Assembly (NCBI GenBank): GCA_031414775.1
Contig: JANOQI010000016.1
Span: 160,001-224,000 of the forward strand
DNA length: 64,000 nucleotides
Source of the DNA: Synechococcales cyanobacterium VAR_4_metabat_354
GTDB taxonomy: Bacteria > Cyanobacteriota > Cyanobacteriia > Cyanobacteriales > Chamaesiphonaceae
Direction of reading: 5' to 3'
Numbering within the stretch: position 1 is the stretch's first letter; every line of letters begins with the position of its first letter. Under the pieces are notes generated by a model. The model did not search any database. It had not been told where the DNA came from and saw only the letters and a program-made list of their open reading frames with translations. The position numbers were made by a program, and so were the translations under genes. Shown one piece after another: positions 9,328 through 20,315 of the stretch.

Positions 9328-10425
9328 ATGACCCAGCCTACTGTCTATGTCACTATTACCAATCATGGCTTTGGCCATGCTGCCCGGACAGCCGCAGTAG
9401 CAGGCATGATTCAACAACTGAATCCAGAAATAAAATTAATTATTACCACCACAGCGCCCCGCTGGTTAATTGCCAGCTATATTTCTGGTGATTTTGTCTA
9501 TCGTCCCTATGGCTATGATGTGGGCGTAATTCAAGCTGATAGCTTGAATATGGATTTGCCGGCTACTGTTGCGAGATGGCAAGATATTATCGATCGACAG
9601 GAAGAAATTGTCCGCAGCGAAGCCAGCTTTTTACGCGAGCAGCAAGTCAATTTGGTATTAGCCGATATTCCGCCCCTCGCTCCCCTGATTGCCCACCGCG
9701 CAAACGTACCCTGCTGGGCGGCGACTAATTTTGGTTGGGATTTTATCTATCGAGATTGGGGAGAAGACTTTGCCGATATTACCGACTGGATCAGCAGTTG
9801 CTATCAACAGTGCGATCGATTGTTTCGGTTGCCCATGCATGAATCACTCAATCGGTTTACCGTAATGGAAGATGTGGGTTTAACTGGTGGTCAGCCCCGT
9901 TACGAGACTGCCGAGTTGCAAGCCAGACTAGGCTTTAATCATCCCCAAGACAAAACAGCCCTATTAGTATTTGGGGGCTTAGGACTGCAATCTATTCCCT
10001 ATCACAACCTTAGTAACTTTCCCGACTGGCAGTTTCTGACTTTTGACAAAACTGCACCGTCTCTGCCCAACCTGCACCAAATTCCTGATCCATCTGGGAC
10101 TGATCTAGGACAACATTATCGACCCGTGGATTTATTCCCGCTCTGTGGCTTAGTCATTTCCAAGCCAGGTTACACCACCTATGCCGAGGCCATGATGGCA
10201 AATATTCCGGTAGCAACGATCGATCGCCAAGGTTTTGCGGAATCGGCCATAATTCTGAAGGGCTTACAAGACCATAGTTCCCACCAACTAATTACTGACC
10301 AAGATTTCTTTACCGGCAGCTGGGGATTTCTCAACCAATTGATTCAGCCCGCCCGGACTGGACAGGCTTATCGTAATAATGGCACGGAGACGATCGCTCA
10401 GGCCGTGGTGAAGTACCTAAGCTAA
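9328..10425 (+). CDS. GT-B glycosyltransferase-like protein
   Basis: HGFGHA, NFGWDFIY, SKPGYTT motifs; ATG 9328 preferred. Confidence 0.8.
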   Translation: MTQPTVYVTITNHGFGHAARTAAVAGMIQQLNPEIKLIITTTAPRWLIASYISGDFVYRPYGYDVGVIQADSLNMDLPATVARWQDIIDRQEEIVRSEASFLREQQVNLVLADIPPLAPLIAHRANVPCWAATNFGWDFIYRDWGEDFADITDWISSCYQQCDRLFRLPMHESLNRFTVMEDVGLTGGQPRYETAELQARLGFNHPQDKTALLVFGGLGLQSIPYHNLSNFPDWQFLTFDKTAPSLPNLHQIPDPSGTDLGQHYRPVDLFPLCGLVISKPGYTTYAEAMMANIPVATIDRQGFAESAIILKGLQDHSSHQLITDQDFFTGSWGFLNQLIQPARTGQAYRNNGTETIAQAVVKYLS

Positions 10426-10458
10426 ATTATAGTAATTTTGGTAATTTTCGGGCTAGTT

Positions 10459-11400
10459 TTAACAGTTCGATCGATACCATTCGATCGTCTGCTCTAGACC
10501 TGCTCGCAAGGTAGTCGTAGCCTGGAAGCCGAAGTATTCTTTAGCCTTTTGGGTATCCAAACACCGTCGCGGTTGGCCGTTGGGTTTATCAGTTTCCCAG
10601 ACAATTTCGCCTTTGAATTCCATCAACTCACAGATTAATTCAATTAAATCTTTAATGGTGATTTCAAAGTTGGTGCCCAAGTTTACCGGATCTGGGGAGT
10701 CGAACTTGGTGGTTGCCAATACGATTCCCCGTGCCGCATCCGCCGCATAGATAAATTCTCGACTAGGGCTACCATCGCCCCACACCAGCAGGGTAGAATC
10801 ATGGCGTTGCTGGGCTTCATGAACTTTCCGAATCAACGCCGGAATCACATGGGAGCTACTGGTATCAAAGTTATCAGCCGGTCCGTAGAGATTAACAGGT
10901 AAAACATAAATGCCGTTGAATCCGTATTGCTGGCGATAAGCTTGTAGTTGTACTAACAAGGCTTTTTTGGCAATACCGTAGGGGGCGTTAGTTTCTTCTG
11001 GGTAACCATTCCAAAGATCTTCTTCCTTGAAGGGCACCGGCGTAAACTTGGGATAGGCGCAAATGGTGCCAACGCAGACAAATTTTTCGATTTGGGCTTG
11101 ATAAGCCGCATGGATCAACTGGGTACCCATCATCAAGTTGTCGTAGAACAGCTCAGCAGGCTTTTGCTGATTCAGGCCAATCCCACCGACATGGGCAGCT
11201 AGGTGAATAATAATATCTTGGTTCTTGACTACTTCTTGGCAGTTGGCCATCACACACAAATCATAGTCTTTAGAGCGCGGAATAGTAATTCGATCGGTGC
11301 TAGCACCAGCCTCTATCAATTGGGCGACTACTTGCTGACCAAGGAAACCCGCACCACCAGTGACTAAGATTTTTTTGTTACTGAGTTCTAGAGTAGTCAT
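10459..11400 (-). CDS. fcl: GDP-L-fucose synthase
   Basis: GGAGFLG, HLAAHVGGI, YGIAK, PVNLYGP, SHVIPALIRK. Confidence 0.92.
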   Translation of the reverse strand: MTTLELSNKKILVTGGAGFLGQQVVAQLIEAGASTDRITIPRSKDYDLCVMANCQEVVKNQDIIIHLAAHVGGIGLNQQKPAELFYDNLMMGTQLIHAAYQAQIEKFVCVGTICAYPKFTPVPFKEEDLWNGYPEETNAPYGIAKKALLVQLQAYRQQYGFNGIYVLPVNLYGPADNFDTSSSHVIPALIRKVHEAQQRHDSTLLVWGDGSPSREFIYAADAARGIVLATTKFDSPDPVNLGTNFEITIKDLIELICELMEFKGEIVWETDKPNGQPRRCLDTQKAKEYFGFQATTTLRAGLEQTIEWYRSNC

Positions 11401-11926
11401 AAGAATTTAGATTCTGATCGAGATATATCATCATCTGTTATCGTATCTGAGTTTGGATATCGGTTATCACAGAGATGTCTTTTTTTCGCAGGAGCTATGA
11501 GATGAGAGGATTTTAAAACTTATTCTGAGTGCCAACCTTTTATGATCTGTCCATAATGGCTGAGTTTTTGCATTTTTGTGATAAGAAGTGATCCAGTTCC
11601 TGAAAATAAGCGGATGTCAGTGCTTAAAATAGAATAGTTAAGATAGACCATAAACCAAAATTATTATCATTGAGTCTATTGTGCAATTTGCGACATCGAA
11701 ATGCTCAGCGACGATTAGGTTTGATCAGCCATTCACCTAACGTACATGTGACGGATATCAAAATCATCGCCATGGAGTCAAAATAGTTTACCGCAGAGGT
11801 TTTGCATGATGATTAAATTAATATGCAATCATTATTAATCTAATATGAAAGTATTTTACGATTAATATTTATTGAATCTAAATAAATTAAATAAATAAAT
11901 TTATATATATAAACTCCAGCTTTTGC

Positions 11927-13912
11927 ATGAAAAATTTAGCTACTGACTTATATAAAAGCAATGAGTCCATCTCTAGTCGCCAAAAGCGCTGGCTGCTAGT
12001 TATTATCGATATCTTGCTCTTGCACCTGTCGATCGTTATTGCTCTTTGCTTAGGCTACCGCTATTTTCAATTAGGTTTAGAGAAGTTTGCCGATGTTTAT
12101 TGGCCATATATCTTCTTTTTTATCTGCTTGAAGATTAGTCTATTTCATTTTCTGGGTATCTATCGGCCAATTCTGCGCTTCACTGGCATCGAGTTTATCA
12201 GCAATATCAGTCGGGTTACTATCTACGCTTGCATTATTCAAGTTGTCATTTCTTTCAGTCTCAATTACTGGCCGCTACCCAAAAGTGTCCTGATTATTGA
12301 TATTCTATCAACTCTCTTTTTGGCGATCGCTGTTCGTCTGGCGATCAGCTCTTTTTTAGCTTCAGGCAATTTGGCTGGGCGCAATCCGAACCCTAATCGT
12401 CCCCACGAACGTCTGCTAATTTACGGCGCTGGTATTTCGGGTAGTCAACTGGTAGATGCTCTGAAACAAGAGCCGGGTTATCAGATTGTTGCTTTCATTG
12501 ATGACAGTGAGGTATTGCAAAACCGCACAATTAGAAATTATCGGATTTATCCCTCTGAACAAATATCTAAAATAATTAGTAAAGAAAAAATCGACACAAT
12601 GATTTTGGCCATGCCGTCGATTAGCAAGTCACGGCGGCGTGAAATTATTGAGCAACTAGAAAAGCTGCCGATCGCCATTAAAACAATCCCTTCTTATAAC
12701 GAGATTCTTACCAATAAGGTATCAATTAACGAAATTCGGCGGGTAGACGTGGCCGATTTACTCGGTCGGGAAGAAGTACTGCCAGAGCCAGCACTGCTGA
12801 GTCGCAACGTTATTAACAAATCGGTTTTAGTGACCGGAGCTGGTGGTTCGATCGGATCTGAACTATGCCGCCAAATTGCCAATCTGGAACCAGCTTGCTT
12901 AATTCTTTATGAGTTGAATGAGTTCGCGTTGTATTCGATCGATATGGAACTCAGCAAGACCTACCCGCAGGTCACTCGCCATGCTTATCTAGGCAATGTT
13001 AATGATGCCCAGCACCTAACTCAGGTGCTCCGCTCCCACCAGGTTCAAACGGTGTATCATGCTGCTGCTTACAAGCATGTCCCACTGGTAGAGGCCAACC
13101 CCTCGCAAGGGATTTTCAACAATGTCCAAGGTACGATGATTTCGGCCAAGTCGGCCATGGCGGCTCAAGTTGCTAATTTTGTGCTGATTTCTACTGACAA
13201 AGCTGTCCGTCCTACCAATGTGATGGGTGCTAGCAAGCGGATAGCGGAATTGGTGATTCAAGCTCTCGCCGATCGACCGAACTGTCCCACTTGTTTCGGC
13301 ATTGTCCGTTTTGGTAATGTCCTCGATAGCAGTGGTTCTGTTGTGCCGCATTTCCGCAAACAAATAGCCGAGGGTAAACCCATCACCGTTACCCATCCAG
13401 AAGTAACTCGCTACTTCATGTCTATTCCGGAGGCTGTCCGGTTGGTGATGCAGGCCGGAGCGATGGCCACCGGTGGAGACGTATTTGTCCTAGAAATGGG
13501 TGAACCAGTCCGAATTTTTGACTTAGCTGAACAAATGATTAGGCTAAGTGGACTAACTCCTGGTAAAGACATTGAAATCAATATCACCGGCTTACGACCA
13601 GGCGAAAAACTTTTTGAAGAACTACTCATCAATGGGGACAATATTCGACCCACTAAACACCCCAAGATTTTCTCTGCTTTTGAGCAAAAGTTCATTTGGG
13701 AACAGCTCCAACCAATGTTGACAGAGCTATTTGAGTTAGCCAAATGTCATGACACACCTCGTCTTATTCAACAACTGCAAATACTGGTGCCTGAATACAA
13801 GCCAGACCCGAAACTGCTAATGATCACGAATCGCATGATGGCAACTCCCTTACCAGCAGGCAACTTGACTGGTGAAAGCGATAACCAACAAGCTCTCAGC
13901 AGTTCTGTTTAA
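11927..13912 (+). CDS. membrane-bound nucleotide-sugar 4,6-dehydratase (CapD/PglF family)
   Basis: N-terminal TM segments, GAGGSIGSEL, HAAAYKHVP, STDKAV, VRFGNVL, GLRPGEKL. Confidence 0.92.
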   Translation: MKNLATDLYKSNESISSRQKRWLLVIIDILLLHLSIVIALCLGYRYFQLGLEKFADVYWPYIFFFICLKISLFHFLGIYRPILRFTGIEFISNISRVTIYACIIQVVISFSLNYWPLPKSVLIIDILSTLFLAIAVRLAISSFLASGNLAGRNPNPNRPHERLLIYGAGISGSQLVDALKQEPGYQIVAFIDDSEVLQNRTIRNYRIYPSEQISKIISKEKIDTMILAMPSISKSRRREIIEQLEKLPIAIKTIPSYNEILTNKVSINEIRRVDVADLLGREEVLPEPALLSRNVINKSVLVTGAGGSIGSELCRQIANLEPACLILYELNEFALYSIDMELSKTYPQVTRHAYLGNVNDAQHLTQVLRSHQVQTVYHAAAYKHVPLVEANPSQGIFNNVQGTMISAKSAMAAQVANFVLISTDKAVRPTNVMGASKRIAELVIQALADRPNCPTCFGIVRFGNVLDSSGSVVPHFRKQIAEGKPITVTHPEVTRYFMSIPEAVRLVMQAGAMATGGDVFVLEMGEPVRIFDLAEQMIRLSGLTPGKDIEINITGLRPGEKLFEELLINGDNIRPTKHPKIFSAFEQKFIWEQLQPMLTELFELAKCHDTPRLIQQLQILVPEYKPDPKLLMITNRMMATPLPAGNLTGESDNQQALSSSV

Positions 13913-14029
13913 CAAATTCACTAACTTTTTCTGGATTTTCAACATTTTAACAGTGCGTAACCATAGACTTTAGTCATCAGTCCAGCTATAATCAGGAGTT
14001 TGGTCAAGAAACAGTTTTAAGGAAATATT

Positions 14030-14638
14030 ATGTCCCGATATAGAGGACCCAGACTCAGGATTGTACGGCGGTTAGGAGACTTGCCTGGGTTAACAAGGAA
14101 AAGTCCCCGCCGTGCCTACCCCCCTGGGCAACATGGGCAAAATCGCAAAAAGCCATCGGAATATGCCATCCGCTTAGAAGAGAAGCAGAAACTGCGTCTC
14201 AACTATGGTGTTACCGAAAAACAAATGCTGCGCTACGTCCGCAAGGCTAGACGCGCATCCGGTTCTACTGGATTGGTAATGTTGCAGATTTTGGAAATGC
14301 GCTTAGATAACACCGTATTTCGGATGGGGATGGCTCCCACCATTCCGGCTGCTCGTCAGCTAGTGAATCATGGTCACATTACAATCAATGGCAAAGTCGT
14401 AGACATTGCTAGTTACCAGTGCCGTCCCGGCGAAGTAATTACAGTTCGCGATCGTGCTGCTTCCAAGCAATTGGTCGAAGCCAATCTGCAATACCCCGGT
14501 CTGGCCAACTTGCCTAACCATTTAGAGTTTGATAAAAAGACTCTTACTGGCAAAGTAAATGGTGTAATTGAGCGGGAATGGATTGCCCTCCAAGTCAATG
14601 AATTGCTAATTGTTGAGTACTACTCACGTCAAGCTTAA
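14030..14638 (+). CDS. rpsD: 30S ribosomal protein S4
   Basis: [32 protein letters not shown]. Confidence 0.99.
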   Translation: MSRYRGPRLRIVRRLGDLPGLTRKSPRRAYPPGQHGQNRKKPSEYAIRLEEKQKLRLNYGVTEKQMLRYVRKARRASGSTGLVMLQILEMRLDNTVFRMGMAPTIPAARQLVNHGHITINGKVVDIASYQCRPGEVITVRDRAASKQLVEANLQYPGLANLPNHLEFDKKTLTGKVNGVIEREWIALQVNELLIVEYYSRQA

Positions 14639-14727
14639 TTCTCCCCAAAACAGAAAATTAAAGACTGAAAACTATTATGGTTGGAAGTTTTTAATTTTTT
14701 GTTTTTACATAGATTTTTGATCTCTCA

Positions 14728-15552
14728 ATGCAAACCGCTGAGTTTCCAGTGTCCAAATCCACCGACCAACCACTAATTATTGCGGGTAAAAGCTTTAACT
14801 CCCGGCTGCTAACTGGCACGGGTAAATATCGGAGTATTGCCGACTTGCAGGCCAGCATTATTGCTAGTAATTGCGACATGGTGACAGTGGCAGTGCGGCG
14901 CGTGCAGACCAAAGCGCCCGGCCATGAAAGCTTAGTAGAAGCGATCGACTGGCAAAGAATCTGGATGCTACCGAATACTGCTGGTTGTCAAACCGCTGAG
15001 GATGCAGTGCGGGTGGCGCGGCTGGGACGAGAGATGGCCAAGTTGCTCGGCCAAGAAGATAATAACTTTGTCAAACTAGAAGTCATTCCCGAAGGTAAAT
15101 ATCTGCTGCCCGATCCGATCGGCACCCTAGAAGCAGCCACCCAGTTAGTGAAAGAAGGCTTTGCGGTTTTACCTTATATCAATGCTGATCCGCTTTTAGC
15201 CAAACGCTTAGAAGAAGTAGGCTGCGCCACCGTGATGCCGTTGGGTTCGCCGATCGGCTCCGGGCAAGGGATCCAAAACACTGCTAATATTCAAATTATT
15301 ATCGAGAATGCTGGCGTGCCAGTGGTGGTCGATGCCGGGATTGGCACGCCCAGCGAAGCTGCACAGGCGATGGAGATGGGAGCAGATGCAGTTTTAATTA
15401 ATACAGCGATTGCTCAGGCTCAAGATGCCCCAGCGATGGCCAGGGCCATGGCTTTAGCAACTGAGGCGGGACGATTGGCTTATTTGGCGGGGCGGATTCC
15501 GGTGCGATCGATCGCTAGCCCCAGTTCACCCATCACTGGCACAATTGTCTAG
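14728..15552 (+). CDS. thiG: thiazole synthase
   Basis: [32 protein letters not shown]; no ThiO fusion. Confidence 0.97.
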   Translation: MQTAEFPVSKSTDQPLIIAGKSFNSRLLTGTGKYRSIADLQASIIASNCDMVTVAVRRVQTKAPGHESLVEAIDWQRIWMLPNTAGCQTAEDAVRVARLGREMAKLLGQEDNNFVKLEVIPEGKYLLPDPIGTLEAATQLVKEGFAVLPYINADPLLAKRLEEVGCATVMPLGSPIGSGQGIQNTANIQIIIENAGVPVVVDAGIGTPSEAAQAMEMGADAVLINTAIAQAQDAPAMARAMALATEAGRLAYLAGRIPVRSIASPSSPITGTIV

Positions 15553-15567
15553 ATTTTTTAGACTTAC

Positions 15568-15690
15568 TTACATGGGAGCGGGCATGGACATGTCTGCTGG
15601 TAAAAAGATTCGGGAGCTGACGGCGACGAGGGCAAACAAGAAAACCAATAAGATAATGGCTGGAAAAACGTTTTGTCTAATAAATTGCAT
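15568..15690 (-). CDS. small single-TM protein (40 aa), below ORF-track cutoff
   Basis: MQFIRQNVFPAIILLVFLFALVAVSSRIFLPADMSMPAPM*. Confidence 0.7.
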   Translation of the reverse strand: MQFIRQNVFPAIILLVFLFALVAVSSRIFLPADMSMPAPM

Positions 15691-15873
15691 AATTAATCAA
15701 AGTCGCGAGCGATCGGATGTGATGGGAAGACCTAAATAGAAATTATATCCGATCGCACTTTCGAGGATGATGATTACTGGCGATGTTGTCGCTGCAGTTT
15801 TTGTGGTAACTGAGCTGCAAGATTACCAGTTCTGGCCAGCGGTAGATCAGACGTAAAAACAAAATATCTTAAA

Positions 15874-16587
15874 TTAACCACCCAAAGTTTTCATAAATCT
15901 CTTTAAACCACTGAAAATCCCCGCCGCCGTCGCCGGAGCCGACTCCTCATCCCCCATCAAGATCCTGTCCAACTCATCCCCCAACGGCTTATACGGCAAC
16001 TCCGCAATCACTTGATACTCCCCATCTTGCATCCGCCACACCTGCCACTGCCCCGGAAAACAACGATAAATTGCTACCTCATCCGACAGCGGCTTAATAT
16101 AATATGCCGTCGTCAGAGTCTTAATAAACCTGTCCCGCAACTGCCGCGCCGCGTACCCAATCCCCACAATCGCCGCATCTTCCAACCTCGGCAATAGCAA
16201 AATCACCGGCCGATCTGCCGCCACCCCGCACAGCTTTTCAATCTGCTCCACCTCCACCGCCGAAGGCTCCACCGCCACATAGATCCGATCCTCCGGCTGA
16301 ATCTTATCCACCACCGGACTGCGGCTACTGCCCATATCACTAATCTGAAACCCCGCCTCTGGCCAATCCCGCCGCGCCAAAGCCGCCGCCCCTGTATCTG
16401 AAAATAACACCCGTAGCGTCGCTCCGTATTCTTCCGCTAGAACCGGCAGAAACTGCTGAGCTACCCCCATACTCCGCAACTCCGGATAGATAATCTCCAC
16501 TGTAATCTTGGCATGACCAGCCGCAATCGCCGCCTGGGTGGCTACTTTGGCCTGTTCGATCGCTTCTTCAATACTTTGGGGCAGCAT
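15874..16587 (-). CDS. DUF1995 family protein
   Basis: LPQSIEEA, DTGAAALARRDW, VGIGYAARQLR motifs; ATG 16587. Confidence 0.85.
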   Translation of the reverse strand: MLPQSIEEAIEQAKVATQAAIAAGHAKITVEIIYPELRSMGVAQQFLPVLAEEYGATLRVLFSDTGAAALARRDWPEAGFQISDMGSSRSPVVDKIQPEDRIYVAVEPSAVEVEQIEKLCGVAADRPVILLLPRLEDAAIVGIGYAARQLRDRFIKTLTTAYYIKPLSDEVAIYRCFPGQWQVWRMQDGEYQVIAELPYKPLGDELDRILMGDEESAPATAAGIFSGLKRFMKTLGG

Positions 16588-16637
16588 AGTAAAAAATTCA
16601 AGGGGGATAGTGAAAATTCTAATCCCCCAGCGGTGCA

Positions 16638-17306
16638 TTACACCACGAACTCTTGATAAAGATCTTTGCTATAGACCATGTTTTTATCAAACGCCGATAG
16701 CACCTGGTTTTGGGCATTGTCTGATGTCAAACACTGACAAACAAGGCTGGCCACGTCCGATCGACAGATACTACCCGCCACATGCGTGTCCAACGTCAAC
16801 ACCCCATTCCCAGTGGCTGGCTCCGATTTCAAACCACCGGGCCGGACGATCGTGTAATTCAAACCACTCTCGATCAAGTATTGCTCGGCTTTTTCTTTAT
16901 CGGCTAGCACCGCTGCCAACGACTCATAAGCCGCTGCTGGAATCGCATCTTTAGTGGCACCAGCGCCCAATGAAGAAACCAGAATAAACCGACCCACGTC
17001 GCTTTTCACCGCCGCATCAATTAATTGCTTATTCCCCAAGAAATCCGCCCGTTGACCATCTTGCGGCATTCCTCCAATCGTACTGATAATTGCACTAATT
17101 TGACCAGTCATGGCACTAGTTACATCGGCCACGTTCAGAGCATCACCCACCACGGTCTCCACGTTCAGTGCTTGCAGATCGGGCTGAGAGGCCGGAGACC
17201 TAACTAGTGCCAGCACCGGCAAATTTTGCGTAGAAAGAATCCGGGCTACTTGATTGCCGACGCCCCGGCTAGCACCAGCGAGAAAAATTGAGCCAGAAGT
17301 TATCAT
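16638..17306 (-). CDS. NAD(P)-binding atypical SDR oxidoreductase
   Basis: GASRGVG, GNKQLIDAA, YTIVRPGGL, ICRSDVA. Confidence 0.85.
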   Translation of the reverse strand: MITSGSIFLAGASRGVGNQVARILSTQNLPVLALVRSPASQPDLQALNVETVVGDALNVADVTSAMTGQISAIISTIGGMPQDGQRADFLGNKQLIDAAVKSDVGRFILVSSLGAGATKDAIPAAAYESLAAVLADKEKAEQYLIESGLNYTIVRPGGLKSEPATGNGVLTLDTHVAGSICRSDVASLVCQCLTSDNAQNQVLSAFDKNMVYSKDLYQEFVV

Positions 17307-17633
17307 AGTTATGGGTGAATAGAAAGTGGCAGTATTTTTAGAAACGCAATAGTAGTTGAGTAATTAACTACTTGAGTAAAGGAGATTGATAACTACTTCC
17401 CGTTTCATCGTAGAACCTGAAACCTGACGACAACTAAAGATTAAGATGTAGCCAAACCCACCACACAGACTGAATGGATTGGAACCAGTGGAAAATGGCT
17501 ACAGACAGACTTAACTTGTTAGGTATTAAATATCTGATTGTCCAACTTTAATTGATAGGTGGCAAGTTTACTATAAATTTCATATAAAACATCTATAGTA
17601 AACCTTTGCTGTTGCTATAAAACTATTGACTCC

Positions 17634-17867
17634 CTAAACAGCAGATGCGTAGGCATCACATAAGTGCTGAAACTCTTGATCATCGACTGTTTTGGTAGTG
17701 TGGTCTTGAATAGTTTTTGTCATCCCATATCCAACTGCTGAATCAGTCGAAATGAGCCGTGCAACTGCCTGACCGTCTCTTTCGATCGTAACTTCTCCGC
17801 CTTTATGAACTCTGTCGAGTAAGGCAATTAAACTAGTGTTGGCAACTTTAACAATAGTGCTTGGCAT
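17634..17867 (-). CDS. Phd/YefM-type antitoxin-like protein
   Basis: LIALLDRVHKGGEVTIERDGQAVARL matches the Phd N-terminal pattern. Confidence 0.6.
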   Translation of the reverse strand: MPSTIVKVANTSLIALLDRVHKGGEVTIERDGQAVARLISTDSAVGYGMTKTIQDHTTKTVDDQEFQHLCDAYASAV

Positions 17868-17993
17868 AATTTTTAATCTCTAAACTCGTTGCCCACATTC
17901 TAGCGGCCTAAGTGCAAATTGACTACCCACCGCAAAATAAAACTACTTAAAGGTATGTAGCTGGAACTGAGCATGACTACCAGGCCGCACAGC

Positions 17994-19739
17994 CTAAGTT
18001 AACATTTCTTCTAGTTGATTTTGACTCCACAGCCACTGGTATAAGCCCTTTTGAGCGATCAGCTCTGCATGAGTGCCAACCTGGACGATCGATCCTTTAT
18101 CCATCACTAAAATTCGATCGGCCATCGCGGCTGCGGACAACTGATGAGATATAAAAACAACTGTTTTACGTTGAGTTTCCTCTGCTAAGTTTTGCAAAAT
18201 TGTCGTGGCGGTTTGGTTGTCCACACTCGAGAGCGCATCATCTAAAATTAGGATTGGTGCATCCACCAGTAGTGCTCTGGCGATCGAAGTCCGTTGGCGT
18301 TGGCCGCCAGATAGGGTGATGCCCCGCTCCCCGACCAAGGTGTCGTATTGTTGGGGAAAATTAGTAACCTCACTATGCATCTGTCCCTGTCGAGCGGCGA
18401 TCTGCACTTGTCCTAGATCAGCTGCCGGACTACCGTAGCGAATATTGTTAGCGACTGTAGTGCTGAACAAAAAACTCTCCTGCGGCACGTAAGTAATTAG
18501 TCCGCGCAAGCTAGCTAGGGTTAGCTTTGTCACATCATAGCCATCCACGAATAGCTGACCGGGAGCGACTTTTAGGAGCCGAGGAATGGCATTCGCCAAT
18601 GTCGATTTGCCCGATCCGATCGGACCCACAATCGCAATTCTTTCCCCCGGCTGAATCTTAAAACTTACATCCTGGAGGGCGGGACTGCTGGCACCAGGAT
18701 AAGTAAAAGATAGATGACGAGCTTCCACCCCACCCCGCCATTCATAGGCTGGTGCGATCGAGTCTGGAGCATCAGCAATTTGCGGCTGGGCAGACATAAT
18801 TTCTTCTACTCGCTCAATACTGACTTCCCCCCGTTGAAAGGCCGTAATAGTAAAACCTAGTAGAGCAGTAGGGAAAATTAGATTTTGGGCATAGATAATC
18901 AAAGCCAAAAAGTTGCCCACCGTAATTTCTTGGCTGGCGATCGCCTGACCGCCTTGCCATAACAAAACTAGCAAGCTAATCGAAGCCAGACCTTGAATGA
19001 TAGGGAATACAGTATTGCGCGATTCGGCGAGCTTCAAATTAGCAGTGAATACTGCTTTGTTTTTTTCGGCAAAAGCCTGCCGCTCAGTTTCCTCTTGGGC
19101 GTAGATTTTGATCAGAGTAATCCCGCTCATATCCTCCTGAATCAACTCGCTTAAATCCGATAGCTTTTCCTGGACAATCACTTGCTCCTGACGCAAACGT
19201 CCACTAAAAATCTGGACAGTCAGCAACATTACTGGATAGATCGCCAAGGCCAGCAAAGTCAGCCGCACATTAATAGTCAGCATGGCTGGCAGCGTAAAAG
19301 CATAGGCAAAAATAATGTTGAAAATACTGAGCAGCGAAAATCCCATCAGCCGCATAATATTTTCCACATCACTAGTTGATCTGTTGATTAAGTCACCAAC
19401 AGTAGTGGTGGAAAAGTAGGCCACATCCATTTTTAGTAAGTGATCAAAAATCTGTTGTTTTAGATCGGCTTGTACCCTTCGACCCACGCCAAAGATTAGT
19501 AGCCGCGAGGTCATTCTAGCTACCCAGGCGATGGAAGCCAAGAAGATCACCAGCATCGCTAAATGAGTGATTTCGGTGTAGCTAAAGTTGATACGCAATC
19601 GATCGATCCCATCACGGATCAGTAAAGGGATATAAACACTCAGGAGATTAACGACTAGCAGTGCTCCGATGCCCTGCCATACAGCTGGCAAATAGGGTTG
19701 GGCGTAAGCAAAAAGTTTTTGGAGCCGAGGATTAGCCAT
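17994..19739 (-). CDS. ABC exporter, fused permease/ATPase
   Basis: TM domain, GPIGSGKS, LSGGQRQR, ILDDALSSVD; ATG 19739 preferred. Confidence 0.92.
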   Translation of the reverse strand: MANPRLQKLFAYAQPYLPAVWQGIGALLVVNLLSVYIPLLIRDGIDRLRINFSYTEITHLAMLVIFLASIAWVARMTSRLLIFGVGRRVQADLKQQIFDHLLKMDVAYFSTTTVGDLINRSTSDVENIMRLMGFSLLSIFNIIFAYAFTLPAMLTINVRLTLLALAIYPVMLLTVQIFSGRLRQEQVIVQEKLSDLSELIQEDMSGITLIKIYAQEETERQAFAEKNKAVFTANLKLAESRNTVFPIIQGLASISLLVLLWQGGQAIASQEITVGNFLALIIYAQNLIFPTALLGFTITAFQRGEVSIERVEEIMSAQPQIADAPDSIAPAYEWRGGVEARHLSFTYPGASSPALQDVSFKIQPGERIAIVGPIGSGKSTLANAIPRLLKVAPGQLFVDGYDVTKLTLASLRGLITYVPQESFLFSTTVANNIRYGSPAADLGQVQIAARQGQMHSEVTNFPQQYDTLVGERGITLSGGQRQRTSIARALLVDAPILILDDALSSVDNQTATTILQNLAEETQRKTVVFISHQLSAAAMADRILVMDKGSIVQVGTHAELIAQKGLYQWLWSQNQLEEMLT

Positions 19740-19836
19740 CGAAAAGTTTAGAACCAAGTAGATCTCTGACCATCGTAACAAACCATGTTATTATTGGAAT
19801 TCTGGCATTTGGGTTTCAAGACATTCCCCTAGGATT

Positions 19837-20295
19837 ATGGCAAAGCGTACAAAATTAGTTCTCAGTAAAGAAGTTCGGAAGCTGGGCAAGCTCGGTGACG
19901 TAGTAGAAGTCGCCCCTGGCTATGCTCGTAACTACCTGGTGCCTCAAGGCATCGGCCTTCCAGTGACTCCTGGTATTTTACGGCAGGTCGCCAAGAAAAA
20001 AGAAATTGAATTGCAGCGGTTAGCGGAGCTGAAGATTGAAGCTGATCAGCAAAAAGCATCGATCGATAAGGCTGGTGCATTGCAAATCAGCAAAAAGGTC
20101 GGTGAAAACGATGCCATCTTTGGTACTGTCACCACTGCTGAAATTGCGGAAGCAATCAAGTCCTTGTCTAGCGTGGAAGTAGACAAACGGGATATCAGTA
20201 TTCCTGATGTTGATCAACTGGGTAGCTACAGCGCCGAAGTAAAACTGCACCCCGAGGTAATCGTAACTGTTGAATTCAACGTGGTTGCTGAATAG
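19837..20295 (+). CDS. rplI: 50S ribosomal protein L9
   Basis: LGKLGDVVEVAPGYARNYL, FGTVT, KLHPEV. Confidence 0.98.
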   Translation: MAKRTKLVLSKEVRKLGKLGDVVEVAPGYARNYLVPQGIGLPVTPGILRQVAKKKEIELQRLAELKIEADQQKASIDKAGALQISKKVGENDAIFGTVTTAEIAEAIKSLSSVEVDKRDISIPDVDQLGSYSAEVKLHPEVIVTVEFNVVAE

Positions 20296-20315
20296 TTTTA
20301 GCCATCTTTTAACAA

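Noticed and set aside
15890..16520. Diversity-generating retroelement to explain the compositional skew
   Set aside because: No reverse transcriptase or template/variable repeat pair seen
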